DNA of 54,573 nucleotides, the filler included, from Sluysia triapertura (Eukaryota): the NCBI GenBank assembly GCA_046118255.1. It is 4 parts of 4 records of this genome, joined end to end, with 100 filler letters (N's around TTAATTAATTAA, not from the genome) between each part and the next. Parts side by side here need not be neighbours in the genome. Positions count along the whole stretch, not along the records: positions 26,900 to 43,348 come from JBJNIA010203485.1; positions 43,449 to 54,573 come from JBJNIA010188511.1; 2 more parts are not named here. One strand, 5' to 3'. The position numbers were made by a program, and so were the translations under genes. Positions within the stretch are counted from its first letter, which is position 1. Each line of letters opens with the position of its first letter. The notes beneath the pieces were generated by a model. It was given only the letters and a program-made list of their open reading frames with translations. It had not been told where the DNA came from and searched no databases. Shown piece by piece: positions 37,201 through 50,599 of the stretch.

Positions 37201-40068
37201 ATTAATGTAGTTACCTCTATTCTGTAGTTAATTGTCTATGATATTAATGAGGTAATATCATAATCTCTTAAGTTGGAAAATCTACGGAAAATGCCAATTT
37301 AAAAATTGATAATAATGTTTAAATATTCCTTTTAATTATTAAAACTTATAAACGCATATTTAAATTTCAAAAATAAAATTTGTATTTTATTTTAGAAGTT
37401 TTGTAATAGGTTCATATTCGATATTGTTTCAATTTCGAGAATAAGGCTGGTTCCAAAGCCAATGTCGGTTTTAATAAATTTTTAATAACCATCCAGATTC
37501 TGTAAGCCTTAGAACAGTTGAAAAGCAGTGCCAAAATTTTATATGTAAACTCTAACGTAAGGAATAGACCTATATCTTGACAACCTTCAGAATTTGATCT
37601 ATGCACTGCTTCTTAGAAGACAGATTTGAAGAAATTGATGATATAAAACTGGTCTTTATCAAATATATCAGCTCGAAATAGAAAAATTGTTTACAGCATT
37701 GAATATTACCATCAAAATGGACAGTGATTATTTTTTTGACTATACATTTGGAATTTTTTCAAAAATTATTTTTTGTTACTAAAATTTCATTAGATTGTCA
37801 TTCATACGTTACCTTTGGTCATAATTTTGAAAAATAAATAAATATTGGAAGGAAAATATTTGAACATACGTCAACCCATAATTAAAAATTAAAAAAGGTT
37901 GTACAAAATATTATTGCACTTATTGAAATTCACATTAGTAAAAGATTAACTGTATAAACACATTTCGCTCTGCTGACGTATTCGACGCACATGCAAGTCA
38001 GCTATATTTACTTGCCCTTTCAAGTACTTTGAGTAGATAAATATGTCTTTGTTTAACTTGGTTGGTCGTATCCATATGTCTCACATACAAAACAACGCAC
38101 AATGGTTAATACGTTATTTAAAACATGTAGTGTGCCTAAATGGGTGGAACGTGAATTTTGTCCCGTTGTGTGAGTTATTGGCACATGTCCTTTAAAAATA
38201 CGATGAGTCTGTTATACGTTGCCTGGTTAACAAGTTAATTAGAGTAATACTATTCTTACTGCTTAATTTTTATGAGTTTTAGCCTTTTGTTTTCAATATT
38301 TTCATTGCAGCATAATTTGTAAACGCTTTATAATGGTTTAAGTGACAATTTTATTTTCAATAACAAATGATGCGCTTTTTTCACTCAGCATTTATATATT
38401 TTGCTTTTTTACGTATAATTTTATTTTCATGTTTTTTGGTCACAAATTACTGGAACTGTGGTTCATATAGAAAAATTCATCAATAAATTGAGAAGCAATG
38501 AATGCGTCAATAATTATTACGTAGAATTCGTAATTTGAGGAATAATTATATTGTAAAATTTTAATTAAACCATAAAATAAATATTTTATAATTTAAAATA
38601 AATCTCTCAGTAATTTTGGTAGATTCAAAGATATCTGAAATTAGGGAATAAATGTTATAAGAACGTAGGATGGATTTCGTTACAATTACTAGCAAGTAGA
38701 GATGGTAGCAGATTTAGCAGAAGCACCGCACAAATGAAAAAACATGAATATTAACAAGCTCAAACCAACAATTTTAATTGAGTATATGTAAATAAATAAG
38801 TTGAAATATTGTAGGAAAAGTTAAGTAATGTGTAGAGGAAATTAACCTTATTATCACTAACATTTATACAATGTTAACCATTGAATTATAATGACCACAA
38901 TGGGGATACTTAACTATGTAAAAAAGAGTGGAACTGGCCATAAACATCGGCGAAAAATTTTGTGTGAAGCGAGTTTTCCAATCGCAACACAAGGCAATTT
39001 AATATTTTTGGAGGCAAGAATATTTTATTTCGGATTCTCCGATTTTGAGACAATCTGTTAAATTTGGAATTGGACATTTTAATAATATTTGACCACTACC
39101 AAAATGGATTATAATTAAAATAAGTACAATACCTAAGTTAAAGTAAGTAATTATAAAATAAAATTTTAAAGTGCATATTGTCCCTTTATACACTTTATTG
39201 AGTCGATAGATTTATTCGTTTCTGAGTATGGGGATTATTATTTTAACTCTGGAATTTGCGCTTCCCTTTTTACCGTAAGTCACCAGTTCAGAATTCATTC
39301 CATAAAGTAAATTTTAATTATAAATCAACTTGTTTATTAGAATTTATACAAGATAAAAGTTATGTCACCTTATAAAAAGAAACGGGATTTTTATAATGTA
39401 ATTCTTTCAAGATTAATTGTTTTGGAGATAACTCAAATGTTAAAATATTTCTTTAGTTAAATACCTTTCGTTTTCATACACAAAGAAATATTTTAAGTCA
39501 AAATTAAGATAAGTAGAATTAGAATTTTCTTTTTGTATTATATGAAAATTAATGGGTTGTTTAATTTGTAAAATTTGTAAAAAAAATCAAGCTTACTTTT
39601 AATTACATTAATTTATGCATAATAATATATATATTTAGGAATAGATAATTACAGGTTTTTTATATTCTTTTTTCTTATTTAAAATTATTGATCAACATTT
39701 AGGCTTCTAGCTTAACATCCGGTTCAACTTCTAATTCTTTGCAAGCTTCATCTGTAACAGTTAATCAACAAAAACAATCTGGGCCTTCTCCAAATCATGC
39801 TGCTCTAATGGCAGCTGCTGTGGCTTCTAATCCATTACTATTGGCTGCAGCAGCATCAGCAGTTTCATCCAATCAACAATCAGTTCCAACTGGTGCAGTG
39901 CAATCTATTCAGACAGGACCTCCACCACCTAATATTCCACATAATAATACACCATTTTTAAATACACTACAATCCTTCTTGACACTAGCAGCTTCGCAAC
40001 AGCAACAAGGACCCCCACAATATGGCGGTAATGTATCGCAACAAAACAGACATCTGCACAGAAATTAA
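34205..40068 (+). CDS. CBLL1: E3 ubiquitin ligase Hakai (m6A writer complex component); two apparent frameshifts in exon 1
   Basis: RS-rich N-terminus; WNNKVYIVGE..HFCDSCSLPIYIY/CRLVPCKHVFCMNC..CPRC RING; GCRRTYFSQRDLNSHINHRH C2H2 (HYB domain). Exon 1 34205-35507 (shifts at ~34675 and ~35370), phase-0 intron 35508-39702, exon 2 39703-40068. Confidence 0.9.
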
Positions 40069-40187
40069 ACACCTATCAGAGTGAATAAAAATGTATAAAA
40101 TTCAACGAGTGGTAATGAATTATAAAAATTAAAATTGATAATAAGTTAAATGAAAATTTAAAAAATCAATAAAATTTGAAAGACTAA

Positions 40188-40659
40188 ATGACAGTAACAA
40201 GGCGCTCTTCTCAAGGGGAATTTAATTTCTTGTTTAACTTAGATCATATTGACAAGTCAGTACAAATACATTTACAAAAAGTCTATGTTACTTTGACGTT
40301 AGGTTGGCTGGCAGCATCAATTGGATCAGCATTCTCAATTATTTTTATGCGAGTAAATTAAATAAGTAATTTATATTCTTGATTTTTGTAGTTTGGTTTG
40401 CTTGCAATAATAGGATCAATATGTTGTTTATTGTATTTAGTTTTTGTACAGCCTACTGAAAGAAATTTAATACAACGATTTATAGCATTTTTATTGTTTG
40501 GATTTTTTTCCGGTATTGGTACAGGTGAAATAATATTCGTTGCATTAATAATTGAACCGTCAATTGTGGCTACAGCATTTTTACTAACTGCAGTTATATT
40601 CTTTTCATTTACTATGGCCGCTTTATTCAATAATAATCGGTCGTTTTTATATTTGGGAG
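40188..40659 (+). CDS. TMBIM6: Bax inhibitor-1, 5' exons (3' part not found)
   Basis: Exon 40188-40352 (..VQIHLQKVYVTL..), 39-nt intron, exon 40392-40659 (..EPSIVATAFLLTAVIFFSFTMAALFNNNRSFLYLG). Matches BI-1 HLKKVY and PSI..TAF..RSYLFLGG motifs. Confidence 0.9.
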
Positions 40660-42096
40660 GTTGATTTTAGATTTCTGACAATTATTATATTTGACTATTT
40701 TATATTATATTTGATTATTTTGCAACTTCTAACCAATACAAATCTTTAAAATAAACAGAGACATCTTCAATTTTTTATAAGTGAAAATAAGTTATATTCT
40801 GCAACATATTAAAGATAAATATTGTCAAGAAAAAATAATTCAACTAAAATATGATGAACTTTGTGCAAGAGGATTCATCAGTGAATAATAGAACAAGATA
40901 TTGGGTCGTCTCTTAAGCAATGTCAAATATTTTCAATTTTATAAATTTTTTTCGAAAATTTTTCGATTTAGGGAATTCACATACGATCTAAATATTAAAT
41001 CACGTAATCGTCAAAGTACTAAGTATGTCCTCACATTCACGTTGATTGGCGACATGTTATTTTACTGTTTCCGAATCTTTCTTTTCATTATCAATAGCAA
41101 TTTATTATCACCCAAGTTTACTTATAATTCATTGTTCCATCGTCGTAGAGCTCAACTCGAACGGCAGACATTAATATTGCAATCACATGAGGGCCTGACC
41201 ATAATTGATCGCATCTTCTACTTTTCATAATCATTACTTTTAAATCCGGATATATTATTAGAGAAAAAAGAGTTCGGCTGCCTAAATTATGGAAATTTCA
41301 CTGTATTAATTTATTTCCTCAGAAAATTTGCTGCGCTATCTCGTCCAAACACAAAACCTTGTTTCAGAATCTAATATTGTTAGGTAAGCTACATCTTTAT
41401 GCATTTGGTAGTGGATAAATGGTTGTGCTTTTGTTTAAGCATGTATCACAATAAAGTAGCGCATTATTGATTTAATCTATTCAGTCATTATGTCGACTCT
41501 AAAGTGACAAATGTGAAGTACATTCTGAATTTCATCAACGCTCAGTTATTAGTTAAACTTAATAACATTAACATTAATTTTTCTACTTAATTATCACCAC
41601 ATTTTATATATACATAATCTTTAAGCTTTATCGTCAATCCATGTTTGAAACATTTTGTATCATTTCTTGACTGAACTTATTCTTTTTCATTACATTTAAT
41701 TAAAAATTGTGAAATTTAACAAATTGTTTGAATTTTTATATTCAAACATTTTTATATTTTAAATTATTTACTAATATTAATTTATTTATTATTGTCATGA
41801 ATATAAATTATTTTTTTATTGATAAATTCATCTTGGTATCTCGAGTTAATTCGTCAATTGCGTAAGAGAAACACTAAAAGCAAAATATGAATGCTAATAT
41901 TTGTTCAATTTACGGTGTTTTTTAATCCCTTAACTACTGATAAATTTCTACAAAAACAAAAACAAGAGTTGGAAAAGTGGTGTAATTGCACATGTATTTT
42001 AATAGGAATTATATGCGTTATGATTTATGCATGCATTCATTTATTCAGGACAGAAGGGTTTTAAACTTCTTTTCTGGATCGATTGAAAATAAATAT

Positions 42097-42252
42097 TGTT
42101 AGACTTCATAAAATGGACTAATGGAGGATCGAATCTGGGACCTCTCGCTGCGCAGTTCGGTGCTCTACATTTGAGCTATCAGCCCCGTCTAACAATTTTA
42201 TATTTCTATAGTCTATTATACTACATGGTACTTTTAGACCTGTATCCCAACA
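42097..42252 (-). mobile_element. tRNA-core short element, copy 3
   Basis: TGTTAGAC..CCCAACA on the + strand, 4-bp TSD ATAT, homologous to 25718-25876. Confidence 0.88.
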
Positions 42253-43274
42253 ATATTCACCCAAGTTGTTTAATGCTAAAACTGTCATAATTAGAAAGTA
42301 ATATGCATCAGTGGCATAGCTATGAGTGGATTAGAGGATAGTTCACTTCCGAAATACTTTCTGGTAAGAATAAAATCAATCAATTTTTTATATCACTTGA
42401 AATACAGTGAAAGTAAAAAAACAGGATTACAGAAATGACATTATACAGAGACTAATAAATAACTCATAGTATATCTCCGTATTTAGAAATAACGCAATTT
42501 TATAAACGAAAAATATATTTTATTACGATTATCTTTTCCTTCAAATTTCAAATGTTTTATTTGAAAAGAAATTCCAAATGCAGATTCGGCTTTATCTCTA
42601 AGCTTTTGCTAGCTATTATTTATATGAGAATGAGTTCTTCTTAGGAAAAGACGGTCTAATAGGGTTTTTGCGTAACAAATCAAAGCGAAAAGTTCTACCC
42701 TATTCAAAACTTTAAGATCAATTCGCATTAATACAAGTCTTTAAAATATATTAACAGAATACTTACACAACAGGTGCAAAATTTACAAGTTACAAAAAGT
42801 AAAACAATATTTAAAAGATTTCCCTTAATGCGGTAATAGTGATTTTAGTGATAGTTTAAAGTTACTATTAAAATAGCAGTGAAATTGTATGATTTTAAGT
42901 AATATTTTAGTCCATTCATTAAAAAGGGATGAAATTTAATAAAAATAATCTTACGTATTCATGGAAAGAATGTCTTCTGATTGTGAAATTATATCTCATA
43001 AATAAGTATCTTTTTCGTCGTCGTTATTGAAGTGTTTCATTACAAATGCTGCTTTTTATACTCTTTAAAGCAATTAAAAAACAATTCTTTCAAAAAGTTA
43101 ATTATGGAATAACTTTTACAAAATTATCCATAAAGCAATTTAGAAACATTTATTTTTTGAAATTAAATACTTATTGAAAAACAATCGTAATCTTAATTTT
43201 ATCTTAAACAACTAAACAATTATTTAAAATAACGATTATTAATTACACGAATTATTATTACTTTCATTTACAAA

Positions 43275-43339
<65 letters not shown>

Positions 43340-43348
43340 ATTATTATT

Positions 43349-43448
43349 NNNNNNNNNNNNNNNNNNNNNNNNNNNNNNNNNNNNNNNNNNNNTTAATTAA
43401 TTAANNNNNNNNNNNNNNNNNNNNNNNNNNNNNNNNNNNNNNNNNNNN
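43349..43448. other. Assembly gap linker
   Basis: 44 N + TTAATTAATTAA + 44 N. Confidence 0.99.
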
Positions 43449-43795
43449 CCGCGAAAGTACTCAAAAGCGCTTAAGGTAAATCATTCACCATAATATTTCT
43501 GAAACAGAAAGAACTTTGCTTTTTCCTTAAATATTTCATAATCTTCTAGCAATTTGACATTATCTGGTAACTGGTTGTATATTTTTGAGACATAACAGTA
43601 TACAACCTATCACCTAGCTTGTTATGACTGTTAATTTTATATAGATTATTATTAAGTCTCAATGAAATATTCATCTTCATTTCCAATATTCGTATTATTT
43701 CCAAAAGATATTGAGGACTTCCGTGATGTAAGCAATTGTAAATTATTGTCATAATTTTAAATTCTATTCTTGCTTTTATTGGCAACCAATAAAAT
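43449..43795 (-). mobile_element. L2-clade LINE, 5'-truncated (ORF2 C-terminus and 3' UTR)
   Basis: WLPIKARIEFKIMTIIYNCLHHGSPQYL..GDR is the typical L2/CR1-group post-RT motif. Confidence 0.8.
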
Positions 43796-44654
43796 TGTGA
43801 TTAAACTTTATTTTGACTTCAAAAGATCTTTAAGTAATTAGTAACATTAGATGCCACAAAGTAATAATTTAATAAAATAATTTAAACTATTAATAGCTCA
43901 AGTATCTTTTATTTACATTCACATGAATACAAAACCCAATTTTCTTAGAAAATCTACTTTGAAGAGTAAGGTAATGAAATAGTGTTCGTATCAATATCAC
44001 GTAGAAGTGAAATTGACTAAAATTACTAGGTTATTTGAAACGTATTTGAAGTTTAAAAACAAATATTTAACAGCTATTCAGTATTAAAATCAATACGTAC
44101 TTCAATTTAAGTTAAGATTATTTTACAAAGGTATACCTAAATAATTATTTTTTGATTTCATAGTTATTAATTTGCTACTATTCTAGCTTCAACATTACAA
44201 TTTATTTCTTAACAGTTATCAAATTGTTTAACTTTTGTTTTTCTAATTTAAAAATAAAATAAAATAAATACTTGATAGATGTTTTTCACGTCCACTAGAT
44301 TTTGATTAATATTGTAAATTTATTATGCTATATAAAAGTAATTGGAAGATTTTTTTAATATCCATAATTTCATTTTTAGAACTAAAAGCTGTATTATATT
44401 AAAGATATAGTGCATGTAATGTAAATAACTTTAAGAATTTTTAATTCACCTAAATGTTTTATGGCAACCATATACTATTCAACATAAGATTATTTGAACA
44501 TGAAATTTTTACAAAAATTAATTAAGTTTTTTGTCAAGGAAGACACCTTTTTAGTCATGTGTTTCTATTTATATTCTATTTCAACCAATTAAAGTTATTT
44601 GCATTAATCTATATTTAATTGTGTAATCACGCATAATAACTATTGCCACGTAAA

Positions 44655-45339
44655 ATGAGTCAAAAACTTGAAACAGATTGTATGACGTTGGTTAGATATA
44701 TCCTAAAGATGCAACGGAAGCATCCTGAGGCATCTGGTGATTTTACTCAATTAATGACTGCAATTGCAACTGCGGTTAAAACAGTTTCCTCGTATGTCAG
44801 GAAAGCTGGCATTACAAAACTGTAAGTTCTAGAAAAATTAAAGAAAACTTGTTTTGTTTTCAGATTTGGATTAAGTGGTGATGTTAATGTACAAGGTGAA
44901 GATGTAAAAAAGTTGGATGTAATTGCTAACGATTTGTTTATAAATATGCTTAAATCATCTTATAAAACTTGTTTTCTAGTTTCGGAAGAAAATGATGAAG
45001 GAATTTTTATTCCACAAGAATTTGAAGTTAGTAAATAAAATTTTAATTAGATAATAATAAAGTAACATGTTAGATGTTAGTTATAATTAATGCATTTTAT
45101 AGGGCAAATATGTGGTTGCTTTTGATCCTTTGGACGGTTCATCTAATATTGATTGTCTTGGTTCAATTGGTTCTATATTTTCAATAACGAAACGTAAATC
45201 AAAAATGGGAGAAACGAACAAGTCAGATGGACTTCAAGTTGGTCGAGAAATAGTTTCTGCAGGTTACGCGTTATATGGTAGTGCAACAGTTATTGTATTA
45301 AGTCTTGGAGAAGGGGTTCATAGTTTTATGTTGGATCCA
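44655..45339 (+). CDS. FBP1: Fructose-1,6-bisphosphatase class I, first three exons
   Basis: Exons 44655-44821, 44864-45026, 45103-45339 with GT-AG introns of 42 and 76 nt. Motifs [46 protein letters not shown]. Remaining exons not found in the window. Confidence 0.95.
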
Positions 45340-46128
45340 GTTAGTTAATTTTATTTATTTATTAATGTGTTTTTCTTTAACTTTTTAAATCAAACGAGTC
45401 TAATATAACACACCAAGTCTAAAGTAATGTAACATGTTCAGTATAATATACCAAATCGGTATAATGTAATCTCTATTTAAGTAATGTAAAACACTGTCTT
45501 TATATATTCTGATTTATTGCATCGTGTTATGCATTAAATTTATAATTTTAAATTCTCACAGTTTTATATTTTAATGTTTATTTGAGATGTAGAAACACCC
45601 GAGGTAGATTTGTTAATATAATATAATTAAACATTGAACTGTTAATTTTAATTGAAACTTCCTTTGAAATTGTTTATGACCCATGCATATGTATGTATAC
45701 TTATGAATACTTTGTATTACGTGGATCTTTAGTGTTACATTTATATTGTAAAAAATGAACTTATTAGTTATTTTTTACTTTAATAATTATTTCTTTTCTT
45801 TTACTAAATTTCTTTTATCTTAGTTAATCAAATTCATTAACCATTTGGTATCATGTTTGTAGTGAATTCTAGTTCAACTAATAACGATTACAAACAAACT
45901 TCAACAGAAATCAACATATGAAAATGAAGAATCTAATGGCATTGATAGTATCAAAAAATATGAAATGTTAAGTACAGATAATATTAAAAAAATGAAAAAG
46001 GAGACTTTGTTATTAAAAATTAGCGACATTTATGAATTATTAGATAATTCAATGAAGATAATTTACGTGAATTATGTTTTGGAAAAAAGATTAATTCGAA
46101 AACAGAAGAAGTTTCTGTAAATGGAAAA

Positions 46129-46170
46129 GTAGATATGAGCGCAATATAAATTAATGTTATTATTATTATA
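46129..46170 (+). mobile_element. Severely truncated L2 3' tail
   Basis: GTAGATATGAGCGCAATATAAATTAATGTTATTATT matches the rc of ~26695-26733. Confidence 0.6.
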
Positions 46171-46559
46171 TCTTACTTAAACAAATTATTAAACAAACAG
46201 CTCAATGCAAACAAAACATGCATACTCATAATAATTCATAATTGTCTAAATCCGTTTTATTATTATATTATTATAAACCTAATATATATTATCGTTACAA
46301 TTGTTTTTTTATTGTTCCTTTTTGCAAGCGTGTTTATTTTTGTGCATATTTTTTTATCGTTTCTCGCATTTTACACTATTATTATGTTATTATTTCTGCT
46401 ACTTATGCATTTTTCATTATATTGCTCAAGAGAAATCTTTCATTATAACATTTATAAAACAACCTATAATTCGTGCTTTATTTGGTTTTTCTCTAAAAGA
46501 ACCATTTACCAGCATTTTACATACTTTATATAAAACGAGATGATCACTTTGTGGTGAAT

Positions 46560-47790
46560 GGTTAATGCTTATTATTTTTCTCGAGTTGAGGTTAAAATCA
46601 GGATTAAATTTTAATTATATCTATCTTTACAAATTATACTATTAGGTTTTATTAAAATTTTTTGCATTTGTAAATTTAATCCAATTGTTAGATTTTCTTT
46701 ATACAAGAGCTGAAAATAAAAACAAAATTTTATTTATTAGAAATTTTATTATTGATATTTCGCTCCTACTCATGAGTCTTCTTGGTGTTTCACCATCTAA
46801 TAAAAGAAATAATAATTGATAACACAAAGGATATAAAAGTAAAAATTATTTACCTTAATGTTGCAGTCCATTAAAATATTGTCGGACGAAGTAGTATAGG
46901 TAACTACAATGCTCTTTAGTAATTTTGCAATTCTTTGTAAATGACTATTACAACCCGCTTCATCTTCTTTACTAAGCGTCAATTCGTAAACAGAATGAGC
47001 GTAGCGACAGTATATTCCATTCATCAAACTGGACACAGGGCAGTTATACGAGCAATTTTATGATTATTGAACGTGTAATATTTATGTTCGTTATCATTAA
47101 GTGAATAGAGATTATTATTATAATTTGTGTTCACTCCATAAACCTTAGACTTATCTTCATTACATTTATAAATATTACTATTATCATTACTAAAATCGCA
47201 TATATCAAATTTATAATCATAAAATTTGTAAAGACGTATTATTTTTATAAAAATCAAAAATATCAATTTATGGATATTGTCTTTGTAGCCGTAAAACCGA
47301 TGAGCATGTTCTTTATTGTTGTTAACTCCGTCATCAACACCTTTTTTCTTCTTAGCTTGAGTAACATCATCTCCAACACTGTTATCTTTGTCATTATTAG
47401 TTTTATAATTTTCGTCTTCAACATTGTTTACTTCGCCACCAGCATTGTTAGTTTGGAAATCATCGACTCTACTGTTGTTAATCACGTTATATATATCTTC
47501 ATCATTATATACTTGAAAGTTTTCATAATTAACATCATTAACTTTATTTTGATCACCTTTAGCATTATTAACTTGGACATTATCATCTTTATTATTGTTA
47601 ATTACATTATACTTATCTTCATACTTTTATACTTGATAGTTTTGATATTTAACATCATTAACTGTATTCTGATCATCTTTAGCATTATTAAGTGACATCG
47701 TTTTTATTATAACCACCGGGATCAGTGTCTTCTCTTGATTCATTTGCAATCACTAAATCCGAATAACCTGTGGCTTTGTCAGACAGCATT
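46560..47790 (-). pseudogene. Decayed ORF with 40-aa Asn/Asp-rich tandem repeats and a SWIM-like zinc-finger remnant (possibly MULE-related)
   Basis: 120-bp period (AGCATTATTA ends at 47690 and 47570; AGCATTGTTA at 47450). NCSYNCPVSSLMNGIYCRYAHSV resembles CxC..CxH SWIM. Stops and frameshifts present. Confidence 0.45.
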
Positions 47791-47899
47791 AATAAGTTTA
47801 AGTTGACCGTTTTACAATATATTGTTTTAGGTACTCTAGTACAATAAATCTAAAAAATGTTTTTAAAACAATTCGTTCTTTTTAGTGGTACAAAATTTT

Positions 47900-48631
47900 T
47901 TTACCTTTAAATTGTAATTGTGAATTTTTCAAATTAATTTTTTCTGAATAAAAATTTTCGCCGTACAAATCAATCTGATTGGTCTTCCAACCAGGGAAAC
48001 GTATAAAAATAGTGATAAAAATAAATCTGGTTGGACGATCAATAGTGAAGAACAAAAGTTAGATGATTGATATGTGGACCATTATCAGTGGTGTCATTGT
48101 AAATCAATGTAGTCACCACTGATAATGTTAATAGAGTGTAGAAGGCTATGACTTAATTACTTTGGAATAGTGTAAATGTTAAATATACGTTGGTGTTTTG
48201 AAAGAAAGTAATTTTTGGTTGTTAGGATTTAATGGTACAAGATCGTGAATTTAGAATGTTTGGATTGCTTTGAAGATGTTTGTTGGTTAATATCGAATGT
48301 GATTGTGCTCGAATTGTTAAGAAATGAAAAATAAAATATTTTGAATGAATTTTTACTGTAATTTGATGGTACTGAATGTCACCGTAGATTATGGGAGGAA
48401 ACGTTGTGTTGAGTAAAACTTATGTAAAGGTATGTTTTTAGTGGATGTAAAGAGATAAATATGAGAATGTTAAAATGTTTAAGAGTATGGTTTTATGTAA
48501 AATGTGTTGATTTAGTTTAATGTTGTTTGCTGTTGATTTTTGAATGTGATTTGTAGAGAATGATTATTAGGTTAGCGAAAGTTTATGTAATTTTTTATAA
48601 AACTCATTAGGGAAATAGGTTAGCCACCACA
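47900..48631 (-). repeat. Interspersed repeat family A, diverged inverted copy 3
   Basis: rc starts TGTGGTGGCTAACC; homologous hairpin at 47978-48043. Confidence 0.55.
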
Positions 48632-50116
48632 CAATTAAATTTAGAAGGCATTCATCGAATATTTGGTGTTAATTCTCAAATATCGAAATTGAAATACAAT
48701 TTATATGGTAATATCAAGTTTAGAATTTTGTATCACACTGTATTTATTTTGTTATTTTGATTTTCTGTACTGTATTTCAAAAATTTATTCAGAATAATCT
48801 CGTGATAGCGATTTTGCGTTTATAAATAATCTTTTATTAATACCTTTAAGAAAAAAGTCAAATTATATTTGTTTGGAGACGACTTAGTAAATATTTCTAG
48901 ATTTTTATTTACACATAAGGATAATATAAGTTTTCATACAACTATGTCAACTACGTCATAGTTGAGTTTTAAAATATTAATGTATTTCTTAAGCCTTATA
49001 TATGAATAACTTAACAGTTTTCGATTAGATACATCAGGGCCAAAGTGGCGATACAACAATTATGCTTGAAAGTAAACAATTTCCCGATTATATTGTGATT
49101 TGTATATTAGTGATTTTATCTTGTTTATCTGCTTTATACAGTGAACTTAATCTTGGGTTTCAAATTTTTTTCTTTTAATAACTGCAGCTTCAAAAAGAAA
49201 TGATATAATGAGATCGTACTATCACGTGCTGCAAGAAAGGATAGATAACTAACAATTTAGTTTATTTTATATTACTGAATATGCAGTTAAAATATATTAT
49301 CGACTTTTTATGATGTATCATAATACCTACGATGAATAAAATTTTGTGAGCAAATTTTAAATCACTGGTGAATGTTTTTGGTCGTAGATATTTTCATTTA
49401 AGTTTATGTATTGTTTAAAGAAAGTGAATATTATACCAATCAGAACAATTAAAGAACGCTTTATTTACTTTAAAAATACTCAAAATAGTATTTTAAGTTG
49501 TCAAAAAAGAACTTTTCAATTAAATATTATTCTTAATCTATTAGTTTTTTGTCATTTTATTATTAAATCAACTAAATATCCAAATATTAATGAAACTGTT
49601 GTTTCGATTATAAAGTTGTTGCAATCTGGAAACATTTTTATTTTATAAATTCATTTTAATAACCGATGCTTTTATCAGTATCTGATCTATTCGTTGCCTT
49701 TTTTCTCAAAAATAGGTGGCATGGTTTTATGTTTCTAGAAGTGTGTGCTTTATAGTATTTTATGTTGTTAAAAAGTTGTAGGTAAAACTTTTCATATAAT
49801 TCCTTCAAGTCCTCGACAATGTTATTTTATGGACTGTCAGTGTGACACATGATTCGAAATCAAAATATTTCGATAGAATTATTCCTTTCATTTTAAAATG
49901 TTTTTGAAATTATGGATATTTTATTGTTATTTATCATTTCATTTTATAACAGCTGTAGCTGCTAGATAGAATCTTTAAATTAAATCATGATATATGGTTA
50001 AATAAAAATTGTTTTATTCAGAAAAATCTTGGATGTCAATATACAATGTTTTTTATTTGTATATACAACAGATATTTATTTTACAAAGTTTTTTAAAGGC
50101 ATATATTATATTACAC

Positions 50117-50465
50117 TTATAAATGCTCAAAATGTCGTCCGTGCATTTCGACAATTCTGAATCTGTCAATATCAAGCTCCAAACGCAGTAATCCATGACA
50201 ATTAAGTCTGGAGCTTTAGAGGGCTAATCTTCCGTTCAATGAAATTAGGAGTCGATTGCTGAAGAAAGTGAACTGCTGCCATGTCAATTTTTGGTCGTCC
50301 ATTACATTTCGTATATCGCTGAACATCTGTGGACACATCTCTTAACAATAAACTTCTTGGCTTACCTTCATGTTACCGACACTTATGCAATGTTATCACA
50401 ACATAGTTTATCTTAACAGAAAAACCCACTGTTCTCAATTTTATGTGACGAAGAAGCAGGAACAT
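50117..50465 (-). mobile_element. Tc1/mariner superfamily (maT/rosa-like DDxD) transposase remnant
   Basis: rc translation LTWQQ.., ED*PSKAPDLIVMDYCVWS, C-terminal HGRHFEHL*. Confidence 0.7.
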
Positions 50466-50599
50466 GTTATTGCTCGGCGATAAGAATATCTCATATATGT
50501 ATATTACGTTATTTTAATTACGAAACAAATAAAACTACTAATTCGGTAGTACTAAACGAATCATTATTCAGCTTAACATTAATAATCCGTTTCTTTTCC

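Noticed and set aside
36080-39200. Coding-like patches in the Hakai intron (e.g. RCFVCETYG near 38080), and similar patches at 1800-2760, 18100-18500 and 40850-41400
   Set aside because: Probably very old TE debris; motifs too short to assign a family.
40358-40630. Minus-strand 90-aa ORF; also the hydrophobic + ORF 47270-47695
   Set aside because: Antisense shadows of BI-1 and of the Asn/Asp-rich repeat ORF, respectively.
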